Positions 1 to 12,376 of a stretch of 64,000 nucleotides of DNA are shown one piece after another. Where the stretch lies: assembly GCA_964247055.1 (NCBI GenBank), contig OZ176052.1:10354001-10418000 (forward strand). Reading direction: 5' to 3'. The notes below the pieces were generated by a model, which saw only the letters and a list, made by a program, of their open reading frames with translations, was not told the origin of the DNA and made no database searches. The DNA is from Paragordius varius. Taxonomy: Eukaryota > Animalia > Nematomorpha. Numbering within the stretch: the first letter of the stretch is position 1; every line of letters begins with the position of its first letter. The translations under genes and the position numbers were made by a program.

Positions 1-1348
1 TCAACCAAATGCGACATATTTAAAACTAAACGTTACATTTCTTCAAGTAAACTAAACAATTTTCCAGCAAAGACAACTGAAAAAATGTTGCGTTTGCTAG
101 AAAAAATGTTGCTAAACTAACCAAATTTAGAGTGGGCCTAAAATATAAAACTTTTAAGCCACACATCTAATAATAAAAAAAGTTTTTGCTTTTTATAGTA
201 TATCATAATTTTTTATGATATTTTTTGAAATGAGGCGTTGCTTCCACCAAAAATTATCTAGCATAATATGAGCAACTTACGATTTTTTGTAAGGCAATTA
301 CCACAAAATTGTAAATTTTTTCAAAACCAAAAGAATCATAAGAGACCTGATGCATTTTTCTATCGGAATTTGAGAATTTTTTCCGTGCATGTGGTGTTTT
401 CGAATAAGCAGACACGGTACAGCTTACAGATAAAATTATGATATCTTACTGAAAGCATTTTAATTATTTTTGTAAGCCTATTATAGTTAAACAGTGATAC
501 TCAAACTGCGGCCCTACAAGTGCTTTTTTAAGTGACACTATTATAAAAAAAATTCTAGCACTCATTTTCAGAATCTGCAAACGTTTAAAACATATCTCAA
601 ATTTTTATTAGCATTATATGATGCAAGGCCCCTGCCCTGAGACAGGATCAATATTTTTTGCGCCTTAAATTTCTTTATGATTACCACTGATAGGTCTGAA
701 ACGACGAATGAAATCTGAAATATAAACATGTATTTTTATTATTTATTAACCTCGAAATATTTTAGTTTGTTATGCGGTAATTAAATATAAATGGGGTAAA
801 ATAAACTATCACATTTTTAAATGTAAATTATTTTATATTAAACTATGTGAATTTTAATTTTCTAGATTTTTATTATTAAAATGATATATATAAAATATAA
901 TTAATTTAGCATTAAAAAACGGTATTTAGTTCCTTTTTATTCCTAATGAAATGCATTAATTAACTGTAAAAAGCCATAAAAACAATTTTATCTCCAAACG
1001 AGTAAAGAGATGATCATTGAAATATTCGGTATTATACGGTTTATCATATTAATAAAGGGTAGGTGTTTAGAACAAATAATTTTTCAAGGTCATCGACATT
1101 ACATGTATAAAATGTAATTTTTTGTAATACTGTACGATGACTTTAGGAATTTACATAAAGATGAAAGAATTAATTTTAACTTACTTACACTTGGCAATGA
1201 AAATAACACGGGATTTACCGCTTCATACGATTGGTGAACCAATTGTCAGATTACATCAGATAACTGTTAAAAGAGTATTGGGAAAAAACTTATTAAAACT
1301 TTTTCTACTATAATTTTTATGATTGCAAATTTTGTATTATATAATATA

Positions 1349-3401
1349 ACTAGCTGGTCATGTCACGCTTCGCTGTGATCTAGTCTCACCGATAATATTC
1401 TTAATAATTTGCAATAAATAGAGGTAATGGAGATAAAAAATAATAATAAACTCGGGTTTTAGCATAGGCTCAAAACTTTTTACTCGAAATTGGCCATATT
1501 TAAACTGTCCCTTATTAAAATTAATATTCAACTATCATTTGATTTATATTAAGATTTTCGTTATGCGAAATCATGGTTAAAAGTTTTATTTTAAAATTGT
1601 GTTCACACAGCTGGGATCAAGGGAGGTAAATAATTTGTGGTCCCTTTTTAAAGGAAAAAATAATATTATACGTATTCCCCAGAAATGTGTTTAAGTAAAC
1701 TCGTATGGCTGTTATTGAACATTATCCAAAACCACGCCATTTTTGTAAAGGCGTCTCAGTTTTAAACCGGTCGTCCCACCCATAGACCTATATGGAAAAA
1801 GCTCTGAGATAAATTCTTCGTCTTTATAGGGCAAAAATTTGGAATCATCTTTGATACCATCGTCTCATGCGTTATTCGAAAAAATACCTCGACACAATGG
1901 CGTATTTTTAGGGCATAAAGGCCTTAAATTAACGGCAAAAAAACGCCTGACCTTATTTTACCTAGTTACGGGTAATATTTCAAGCTTTTAAAGAGCCCAT
2001 ATGGCTTCATAAATTATCTATAAATTAGCTCCAAAACAAATCAATTTCTATTTAGTGGCACAGTTTTTGGCGGGTAGCTCTTTATCCAGGGGCAGGTATA
2101 AAAAAGCGTTAGAAAATTTTTTTGCCTTTATATGGGGAATATCTGGAATTTTCATGGATTCCATATGTTCCTATTAGTCTCATAGGTTTTCTGAAATTCG
2201 GCTCCAAAGGCAGGTTGTATCGATATGGTGATGCAGTTTTAGGAGGGTAGCCCCCTAAATGAGGGGCGAAACAAAAAACGCTCGATTAAAATTTTTGCCT
2301 TAATTCGGGTAATACCTGAAATCATGATTGATTCCATATGCTCTAGTTGGATTTTAGAAAAATTGCCTCAAAAAGTAATTCTATGCCGGCGCATTTTTAG
2401 GGCAAGGGCCTAATTAAGGGGTAATTTACAAAAACCACTCTACTTAAATTTTTTGCCTTTTTACGGGAAATATTTCAGGCCCTTATAAAACTTATATGGC
2501 CTGATAAGTTTTCTGAAAATTAAGTTGTCAACAACTCAATATCGATATGGTAGCGCAGTTTTATCCGCGGGTAGTTCACTAACAAGAGGCTGATACAAAA
2601 AAGCGCTTGATTAAAATTTTTGTCTTTTTACGGAGATACCTGGAATCCGATTGATTCCATATGATCTCATTATTTAAAATTGTCTCAAAACTAAAAAATC
2701 ATTCTATGGTGGCGCATTTTTCAGGGCGTGAGGGGCCTAATTAACGGTTAATTAAAACCACACAACCTAAAAGTTTGCCCTGTTACGGGCAATATTTTAA
2801 GCACCTATTTAACTTATATGGCCTGATAGGTTTTCTGAAATTTAGCCCCGAAGGCAGGCTATTTCCATATGACGGGGCAGTTTTTAGCGGGTCTTCTTAC
2901 CCAGCAGCCAATATAAAAAACGCACCACTAAAAATTTTGCCTTTTAACAGGGAATACCTGGAATCCTCATTGAATTTTAACGGTCTCATACCTTAGGCGT
3001 AAAATAGATTCAAAAAATTATTTTTGTTGACTTTTTTTGAAAAAATGGCATTTTACGGGGAGAGCTGGTAAAAGGAGGGACTAAAAATAAAAAAGCGAGC
3101 CGACTATGCTCGGCGCAATCGAAAAACATAATAAAAAATTATATTTAAAATAGGAATGGTCCAACACGTTCTCCAGAAAATTGTCTCAAAGACACAAGTT
3201 TTGTGGACTTCTGTTTTCAAAAAAACCAGTTTTTTACACGGTGTGGGCCCGAACTGTGGGTCTATTCAAAAAAAGGAGATGCTATTGTCAGGGCATTCAT
3301 TAATGATTATATTTTTTCGACATTTGGGTTTGAATGGATCTACCGGTTTTCCGAACACAGATCACAAAGTCAGCATTTTCCATATTTATAATTATATAGA
3401 T
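1349..3401 (+). mobile_element. Non-autonomous Helitron-like element with internal tandem array
   Basis: 5' end ACTAGCTGGTCATGTCACGCTTCGC and 3' end CACAAAGTCAGCATTTTCCATATTTATAATTATATAGAT resemble invertebrate non-autonomous Helitron ends (Lep1/DINE-type). The same 3' end recurs at ~7246, ~16970 and ~20790. Interior is made of ~160 bp tandem units. No TIR or TSD seen. Confidence 0.6.
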
Positions 3402-5292
3402 ATCATTATATATTTAATGTTTTTTTACTGTAAATTGAAGAAAATAATACCGTACATCTTTTTTTATTGTATAATTCATCCCAGATCAGAGGTTTGTTAT
3501 TAATTGAGTTGTATATATTAGGTTAAATTACAAGAAACGTTAACAAAAAACAATATTTTATCAAAAGCATTTCCTAAATAAAATTAATTTTATTATAATA
3601 AAAGAATATATATTTAATATATGGTAAAGATTTATAAAATAAAATAAATTTATTATAAAAAAGAACTATCTTTGGTTTTCGTGTGGCATTGCTACCGTTC
3701 CCCTAAACAACTGAAGTTTTGCAGAACACTCAACTTTTAAAAAGGGATTCATTTTCGAGTTACCGTTTACCTTATCAGGGTAAAAGCCTCTTTGCACTCT
3801 TTGCGAACGGATAGTCATCTTAAAGTAAAAAGGTATTTAATGGCTTTAGTTTGTTCTTTTAGGTTTAAAAGGCAAACGATCTTGACCGAATTAAAACACA
3901 TTGTTAATAAAATTGTCTCAGGTATTCCTTTAGTGGAAACATACAAAAACCACCGAACCATTATTTACACTTATAATTCAATATGTCTTAGCAGACGAAT
4001 TTCCTATGAAAATTTACACATGTTAACTCTTCATTTGAATTTTATATTTTCTACCCTACATTTTGGGCTAGTTTTCTTAAAGTGGTAAACAAACTACCGC
4101 TTTGAAACTTGTTTTGCTTAATTTAATTTCAGACTATTTTCACTGTATATAGAACACTTGGAATTTTTACAGCTCAAGTTCTAGAGTCCCGAATTCGGTT
4201 AACTCCATAACACGATTGAAACCAACACCTGATATAAAATCGTAAAAAACAAATTTGAGTAAAATGTAATTTTAAACTTTCCAGAGTTAATAAATATTAA
4301 TAATAACAAGATATGCGAGATTCGGAGAAAACGGAAAATCATTCCGTTTTCAAATTAAAAATTATTATATCATTTATAAATACGCCGACATTGGCCCCAC
4401 CCCGTGTAAAAATCGGTTTTTTGGTAAAAACAGGTCGCTAGAATTTAAAGTTTGAACGACGTTTCCAGAAAACGTGTGGGTTTATTAAGATTAAATAGTA
4501 TAGTTTTTATAATGTTTACAAATAAGCCCAGAATGACTAAACCTTTTTTTAAATTAACCTCAGTTAGCGCCACACTAATTATGAGATGGGTATTGGAAAA
4601 ATTGTTAGCTTTGGCACACAATACCGAAGTGTGGGCATAGTTAGTTTCAAAAAAAATTTTTTTAATTGTACAACTGCGTCGAAAGTGTCTATGTCCTTGT
4701 AAATTATCCTCAACACTGAAAATAGGGACTTTAAGATATAATTAATGTTGCAGCAATTTTCAAAAAATCTTGCCATGCTAATTTAATAGGGTACTTTTAC
4801 TTTGTTTTGCTTTTCAATTAGCCACTCAATGTGGTTCCACCCGTAATGAGTTTTTTATAGGTTTTGAAGCACTTTTCTATAAACGTGTAGACGCAGTTAG
4901 TTTGAATAATATTTTTTTGTTGTTTTTCATTTCACGGACAGTTACTACTTTTTTAATTAGCCCCTTAGTTCAACCCTCTTCATGTATATATTTTGGAGAA
5001 ATTTTTGGCTTTGAAACATACCGCAAAATGGGTGGAAACATATATTATTAATTTAGATTTTTTAATGAATACAATATTTATATTATAATATACCATATTT
5101 TTTTAATATTTGATTTAAAACAGACATAGAGTCATCATACCCCAGTTATATATAAGAGTTGTGTGATTCGTATTCAAGTGATAAGATTAAAAATTTAATT
5201 AGTTCTAAATTCAAATCACGATATTACTCTACGATTGATTACTAATGACGAATTCCCTACGTAATATGATATATATATATATATATATATAT

Positions 5293-7246
5293 ACTACCGT
5301 AAATCTCGTGCTGCTACGCAGCCCGAGGAAGTCCTTCGAACTTCTTAGGGGGGGGGGGGGGGCTATTTGAAAAAAGGGACAATAAAATGATCCATATATG
5401 TGGATTATTTCAAAACATTATTTAATAGCTATGATCTCATAGGATTTTCAAAACTGTGCATTCATACTAATATATTGTTTATTGGTGTAAAGGCCCCAAA
5501 TTGACGGCTAACGGAAAAAACCGCTATACTATAATTTTTACCTTTTTATGGGTAATATTTAAAGCCTTTATTGAACTCGTGTGGCTTCTTAAGTTTTTTG
5601 AAAATTAACTCCAATGGGGTCTCAGTTTTAAACCGGTAGACCCCCACCCATAGGTCTATATGGAAGTAAAGCGCTAATTTAAATTTTTTGCCTTTATAGG
5701 GAAAATATTTGGAATCATCTTTGATACAATCGTCTCATGGGTTATTCGAAAAAATACCTCAACACTAAATAATCGTTATATGATGGCCTATTTTTAGGGT
5801 CTAAAGGCCCCAAATTAACAACTAATAAAAAAAGCCTGACCTTAATTTTTACCTAGTTGCGGGTATTATTTCGACTTTAAATAAGCTCATATGGCATAAG
5901 TTTTAAATTAGTTCCAAAAGAACTCAATTTCTATATAGTGGCACAGTCTTCGAGTAACTTCTTACCCAGAGGCAGGTATAAAAAGGCGTTGGGCAAAATT
6001 TTTGTCTTTATATGGGGAATATCTGGAATTATAATGTCCATATGTTCCTATAAATTCTTGGAAATATGGCTAAACCAAAAATTTGTTCTATGGCGGCAAA
6101 TATTTTAGTGCGTAAAACTTTTCTTAGCGACTCATTGAAATAACCCCCTATACTAAAATTGTTTTTCAAGTAAATATTTTAAGCCCTTATTGAACTCACA
6201 TAGACTCATAAGTTTTCTGAAATTTGGTTCCAAAGGCATTTTGTATCGATATGGGGATGCATTTTTACACAGGTAGCCCCCTACCCAGAGCCTATTGAAC
6301 CAAAAACCCATCGAGTTAAAATTTTGCATTTTTACGGGTAATATTTTAGGCCCTTATAAAACTTATATGGCCTGATAAGTTTGCTGAAAATTATCTCCTA
6401 AACAACGCTATTATTATATGGTAGCGCAGTTGTAGGCGGGTAGCTTTTCAGAGGATGATAAAAAAGCGCTTGATTAAAATTTTTGCCTTTTTACGGAGAA
6501 TACATGGAATCATGATTGATTCCATATGCTTTCATTAGTTATCGGAAAAATTGCCTCACTATTACAAAAATATTCTATGGTGGCGCATTTTTAGGGCGTA
6601 AAGGGCCTAATTAACGGCTAAAAAAACCGTACCACCTAGGTTTTTGCCTTTTTACGGATAATACTTTGAGCACGGATTGTACTCATATGGCCTGATAGGT
6701 TTTCTGAAACATAGCCCCAAAAGCACACTATTTCGATATGACGGGTCAGTTTTTAGAGGGTATCTCCATACCCAGCAGCTATCATCAAAGAAACGCTTGA
6801 CTTAAATTTTTGCCTTTTAACAGGGAATACTTGGAATCCTTATTGAATTTTTACGGTCTCATACTTTGGGCAAAAAATAGATTCAAAAAATTATTTTTGT
6901 GGACTTAATTTTTTTAAAAAAAGTGGCATTTTACGGGGGGAGCGGGTAAAAAGGGGGCCTAAATTAAAAAGGCGAGCCGACTATGTTCGGGGAAATCAAA
7001 TATGTAAAAAAATCATATTTGAAATCGAATGGTCCAACACGTTTTCCGGAGTCTCAAAGAGACCATTTTTGTGGACTATTGTTTTTTACACGGGGTGGGC
7101 CCGAAGTAGGGACCTAATTAAAAGGGCAAAGCTATTGTCGGGGCATTCAATGATTATATTTTTTCAACATTTGGATTTGAATGGGTATACCGGTTTACCG
7201 GAAACTGATCACAAAGTCAGCATTTTCCATTTTTATAAATATGGAT
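5293..7246 (+). mobile_element. Second Helitron-like element (different 5' end, same 3' end), next to a (TA)n tract
   Basis: Starts ACTACCGTAAATCTCGTGCTGCTACGCAGC right after (TA)n. Same internal units and same CACAAAGTCAGCATTTTCCAT 3' end as 1349-3401. Confidence 0.6.
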
Positions 7247-7256
7247 TATATCATTA

Positions 7257-7608
7257 TATATGGAATCATTCAGCAAAAATTATATAATTTAATATAATAT
7301 AATATTTCGATTACTACAAGTAATCTTTGTCAAACGTAAAAATAAAATTAAAATATAAACTAAAATTTAAATTATAAAGTAAAAATATTTAATGAAACTA
7401 AAAAAACACGTGTGTATTGTTAATAAGAAAAAAATTTGTAATATTATTAATATTGTTAAGGTCTTTCTTTCTGTTCATTATATTCCCTTCTTTGTTTATA
7501 TAAAAACTTTCTTTCAATATTCTTTTTGTTTTATTTTCCTCTGGATGTAGTAATCGAAATATTATATTATAATAAATTATATAATTTTTGCTGAATGATT
7601 CCATATAT
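7257..7608. mobile_element. MITE (~350 bp) private to duplication unit 1
   Basis: ~35 bp inverted repeats TATATGGAATCATTCAGCAAAAATTATATAATTTA and TAAATTATATAATTTTTGCTGAATGATTCCATATA. Absent at the matching position (~20795) in unit 2. Confidence 0.75.
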
Positions 7609-8119
7609 AATAATACAATCACACTTCAGCGTAAACAATATCCAATAGATTATATCATTTTACACGTTTTCATAAATTTTATTTGACGTATTTTAAATAA
7701 ACATTATATCAATTATATTACTTTTTAATCTGAATATCAATAAATAATGAATTTATTACTAATTCATTATGCATTTTTTATGTAATAATACAAGTTAGTT
7801 CATGAACTGTTCTAATTTATTTTTAAGTGTGGAGTTGTTTAGATTAAAAAGGATTTTTAACAAAAAAAACAGATTTTACACCTTCGACGAGGTTAAAACA
7901 AAAACTGCACCTAACGGCGCTGTTAACAAACTATTGACATGGAACACAATGTGCAACAGAAAATATTTATTTTGTTTTGATATTCCTCCAATAATCACAT
8001 CAAACACAACTATTTATAAATACAAATAGATGTTTAATTATATATTTCATTTTGCTAAACCCATAATTTATGCCCAATTTTGCATTTTAGTGAATCTACT
8101 AGTTAAATTTTCCTATTTA

Positions 8120-11100
8120 TTAGGGTATAACTAAATCTCCCAGCTCTTCTTTAATATAATCGGCATATTTTCCCACCACATAATATGGCTGTTCTTTGCG
8201 TTGACACAATGTATCTTTCCGTATAGCATAAAGAGTGTCTGCTTGCTTAATACTACGGCTGCAAATCAAAGGCATTCCCAGATCATTCTAAATGTCCATA
8301 TAAATTTTTATTTTAAAATGTTAAATTAAGCACCAATTTTCGTTTTTATTTATGTGCAAAATTTTAGTCATAATAATAACATAATAAATATTCAATCGAT
8401 ATTAATTTAGAGTCAAGATACTTGGCATTCATAATCGTAATCTTCCACATCAGTATTTCTAACAACGATGATTTCGGAAACATTTGTGGCAAGTATTTGT
8501 CTTGGGCGAATTCGGTGATATTCCCGATCCGTGTTTTGAGATATGGTTTTTCTACTTGGGTAGAAAACTAAATTAAAAAAATGTAGAGAATACAAAAATA
8601 GTTTACAAAAAATTTTTAACTTTTATTTAAACTTAAATCTTACGTGATTCTACTTTATTTGTCCAAGGCTGATATACGCCATATCTGTACATATCGCAGG
8701 CGGTATATGCATCAAACCGAACAACTAAGGAAAGTGGTGAGACATCCTGTTCTCGTTTAAGCACTACTAATGATAAAGGATTGTTTTTGGGCCCGTTTAC
8801 AATACGTTCCACTTCAAGGTTTAAATTTTCTAGAGTGTATCCTCCTTGGATTGAAATATTTTCTGGTCTATATAATTGGGATTAATCTTATAATATAAAA
8901 AACTATTTCGTTATCTTTCATATGAATTATAAAAAACCAATTTTGATGAAACAATATATATTTTAAAAATTGGTATAAGATTTAAACACATAATTATTAC
9001 CGAACGTCTTCCACACATTCTTTCAATGTTAGGATGTGTTTTTTGGAAACATAGCTCCCCTGACAGTTTTTGGATGGGAGGACAAGTTTCACCTATTAAA
9101 AAAATTTATTGATTTCAAACACTATGCGTAAATTTTGATCTAAACAATCTTTCTCTCTATATAAATGATATTTCGATTTGAAATAAATGGAAGTTTTGGA
9201 CAACCTAATCAAAATATCATGATTCAGACTCACCATTAAAAATATAAAATTAATGTTGGCGTTTCATTATTATTTCATTATCTTTTGGTAGTTTTAGACT
9301 CCAGGGCGATTTTGAATTTAGATTATATTAAAAAATAAAAAATATTGAGCCAAAATGCATTCTTGCCTTTTAGGCGCATGACTTAATTTTACTTAAATAA
9401 TCCTCATTTCAAATTTTAACTTTCCTTTTTTTAAATCGTACAATATATATTTAACTTTAGAAATATTTTAATAAAATTTTTGCATCAATTATATTTATTA
9501 ATTTAAAATTAGCTGCCTGTTTCATTCGGTTTTTGGAACCATTACAATTTTGGACTTGATAAAAAAACTGTAAAAAAATATATGCATTTTTTTAACATAA
9601 GAGAACGTTTTAAAATTTAATTATAGGCAAAACAACTTTCAAAACAGTAGTTTTATTACTATTTTAAGTGGCGTACAAAACTATCCCAAAATGAATTCGT
9701 TTGCAAAATTTTTATTTTTTTGAATCAGATAATTAATTATAAATTAATATTTTCGGATTTGCACATCAAATCCTGATATTATACAGGAAATGTGATAATA
9801 GCTCATATGATTAACACTTAATTTTAACTAAATAAGTCAATTATTAGTATAAAAATTGTATTTTATTGTTGAGATCTTATCGCTTTAATGATTCTGTTTT
9901 AGGTCATTATTTACAATTTAAGTAACTAGGAGTTTAGTTTATGAAGTTTGTTTTTATACAGTGTTATATAAATTTACCCCAGGATTGAAAAAAAATATAT
10001 TACATGGTAAGGTTTATCCTCGTAAGATTTTACGTAATCATTTTGATCCCTTGGGGGATCGGGTAGAAAGTAGCCTAAAACATAATATAATATTCATATT
10101 TAAAATTATGTTATACATTAAAATTGTCATTGGTTACGAGTGCATTCATTTACACGGTAGCACAAAATTAGGAGTCTAAAAAATGTGCTGTGATAAATAT
10201 ATTTTGATAAAAATATATCAAGATTTTCATGGTGCTTTCGATTTAAGAGTTTTACGAGTCCTTTGAGAAAGTTATTCACACTTATATGGTAATTGTTCAA
10301 TATTTGATAATCACGAGCACCTAATAGTTAAATTAATTTTTTTATTTTGAATATTTATATCTGATCGCCGAAAGTCTCCTATTTTACTTCGCTAAATGCC
10401 CCAAATTTCTTTTAATGCCAGATTATGACATTAAAATAAATTATTTGTAAAAAGGAATACAGTTATTACAATTTACAAATAGCCTAAAATTATACAGTTA
10501 GGTGTTTATAAAAACTCAGATTAGAATATTTTTTCATTCAACATACTATAAACACAAAAAAATTTATGATATTACATTTAAATATTTTTGTTATTTTTTG
10601 TTTGCTAAATTAACAATTATAATAACATTCATATTTTTACAGTAAAAATAAATAAAAATAAATTTAATAAAATGTTGTTTTTTATTTTATTTTTTATCAT
10701 CTGGTTTATGAATGTATAATAAACTTACAATGTTTTTAAAATTCACCTGAGCGGGAGTTACAAAGTATGTAAATTAATACAAAATAAAATTTAAAAGTTG
10801 TGGATATCAACCGAAAATCCGTACAAATCCACGTAAAAATATTAATTTGTGTTAATTTACTGGGATACGGATTGTTGGTTGTAAATCCTATATTGTATTA
10901 ATTTATATACTTAATTCTCGCTCATGTAAGATTTTTAAAAACAACAGTAAATTTATTATTCACTCATAAACCAATAAATTAAAAATAATATTTTTTTTTT
11001 ATATATAATTTTTTTTTACTGTATTATGAATGTTAAGTTTTTAATAGTGAGTTTGGCAAGTAAATAAATAATTAATTTTGAGTTTCATGAATTTTACGTA

Positions 11101-11726
11101 TTAGGGATGTTAAAGGATTAACACGATGATATTGAGTTTTGACAAAAACCCTGACTATAATATTTTAAATTATTTAAAAATTGTTATGATAAAATGATAA
11201 ATCTTAATACCTTAAGTTATATGATTATTTATTTATTTTCCTTAAATTTCATTTTATGCCCAATTTCGATTTTCTCTCAAAATTTTTAAAACTGGAACAT
11301 CAACAAATAAAAATTTTTGCGGGAAATGAATTTGGTTGTATTAAAAAATTGTTAATCTTTTTTGCACACAGAGTATTGATAAGATTTGCATGTCTAGAGA
11401 CAATTTAATAATTACAATATGGTGTAAAGCAGAATAAGAAGAACCGATTACATTCTTTTAAGTGGTTATTAATAATTAATTGTTAGTAAATAAGTTTTTA
11501 ATATATTATGATTCATTTTTAAACGGTATTCTTTAAAGCTGTAGAATCACGGTCATAAATAATATTGTTACAATATTACTCTAGTGGTTTTATTATCCAT
11601 TTAAAAATAAAAACTCGGTTCCATTTAATGCAATACTCTTTATATTATATAATATATATATATATTACCGCCCAAAGAATTTCCGATAACAAGTGAGATC
11701 GTAATAATTAGCAAGGTCAAATTCAT
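8120..11726 (-). CDS. Secreted trypsin-fold serine protease homolog (catalytically dead), copy 1, 252 aa, 6 exons
   Basis: Exons 11726-11669, 10074-10004, 9092-9001, 8867-8644, 8567-8422, 8287-8120; all GT-AG with consistent phases. Signal peptide MNLTLLIITISLVIGNSLG. S1A-like motifs: NCQGSYVSKKHILTLKEC (CGG..LTAAHC), NNPLSLVVLK (NDIALLKL), CDMYRYG (C.V.GWG), ECQNDLGMPLIC (C.GDSGGPLVC), KYADYI. Confidence 0.9.
10590..11065. mobile_element. Palindromic MITE in intron 1 of copy 1 (twin at ~23735-24205)
   Basis: Nested inverted matches centred near 10845, e.g. ACATTCATATTTTTACAGTAAAAA vs TTTTTTACTGTATTATGAATGT and AAATCCGTA vs TACGGATT. Ends approximate. Confidence 0.6.
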
Positions 11727-12376
11727 TCGAAAAGGAAAAACTCAAATAAAATGAGGCTAATAAAATTCTTTTTTTAGAGTGGCCTTTTAAAGTATTTGAG
11801 TACGCTACCTAAAAATTACGCAATCAATTTTTATCACCGTCCTTTTTACAGAAGCAAATATAATGACATAAGTTATCATTATTTGCTATCGTATGTCGTC
11901 ATTTGTACCTTAAAATGCTTTAACAATTTACCCAATCCATAGAATTAGTGTAAAACAAATAAAGTCATTAATGGGTTTTATAACGTTTGATTCTTTAATG
12001 TATATGTCTCAACAAATATGTATGTGGCAAATGTTTATTTATTTAATACAAACACGTAACAGAAAAAATATGACCTTCTACCATAAAATATCATCCGACC
12101 ATTACAGTCTTTTTGCCGATGCTTTTAATTAATGTATATAATAAATACCTATTTAAATTTAATTGTAAATTGGATTAAAATATAATTTGTATTTTGGAAT
12201 TACAAGATGAGTTTAAATCTAGCATATTAAAAAATATAGTTAAACTGCATATCTTATGATAAATATGTAATTAATACATTAATATATAAGTATAAGCAAT
12301 ATTTAAATATAATCAAAAACTCTGCCATCATTGTGCCGTAATGGGGATCAAAATATCTACGATTATGAATCGTATA

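Noticed and set aside
3156-3503. Recurrent ORFs at 3156, 7069 and 20613 as a small gene family
   Set aside because: They are the shared 3' end of the Helitron-like repeat, and the frame is not conserved among copies.
5348-5362. Poly-G run as a functional G-quadruplex
   Set aside because: It lies in a Helitron-like 5' region and is much shorter in the paralogous copy near 18897, so it is likely slippage.
8644-8867. Fibronectin type III reading of exon 4
   Set aside because: Flanking exons give trypsin-family motifs in the correct order and spacing.
9961-10179. Plus-strand ORF and ATG|GTAAG start in the conserved block
   Set aside because: The conservation is explained by minus-strand exon 2 of the protease homolog, whose phases fit exons 1 and 3 exactly.
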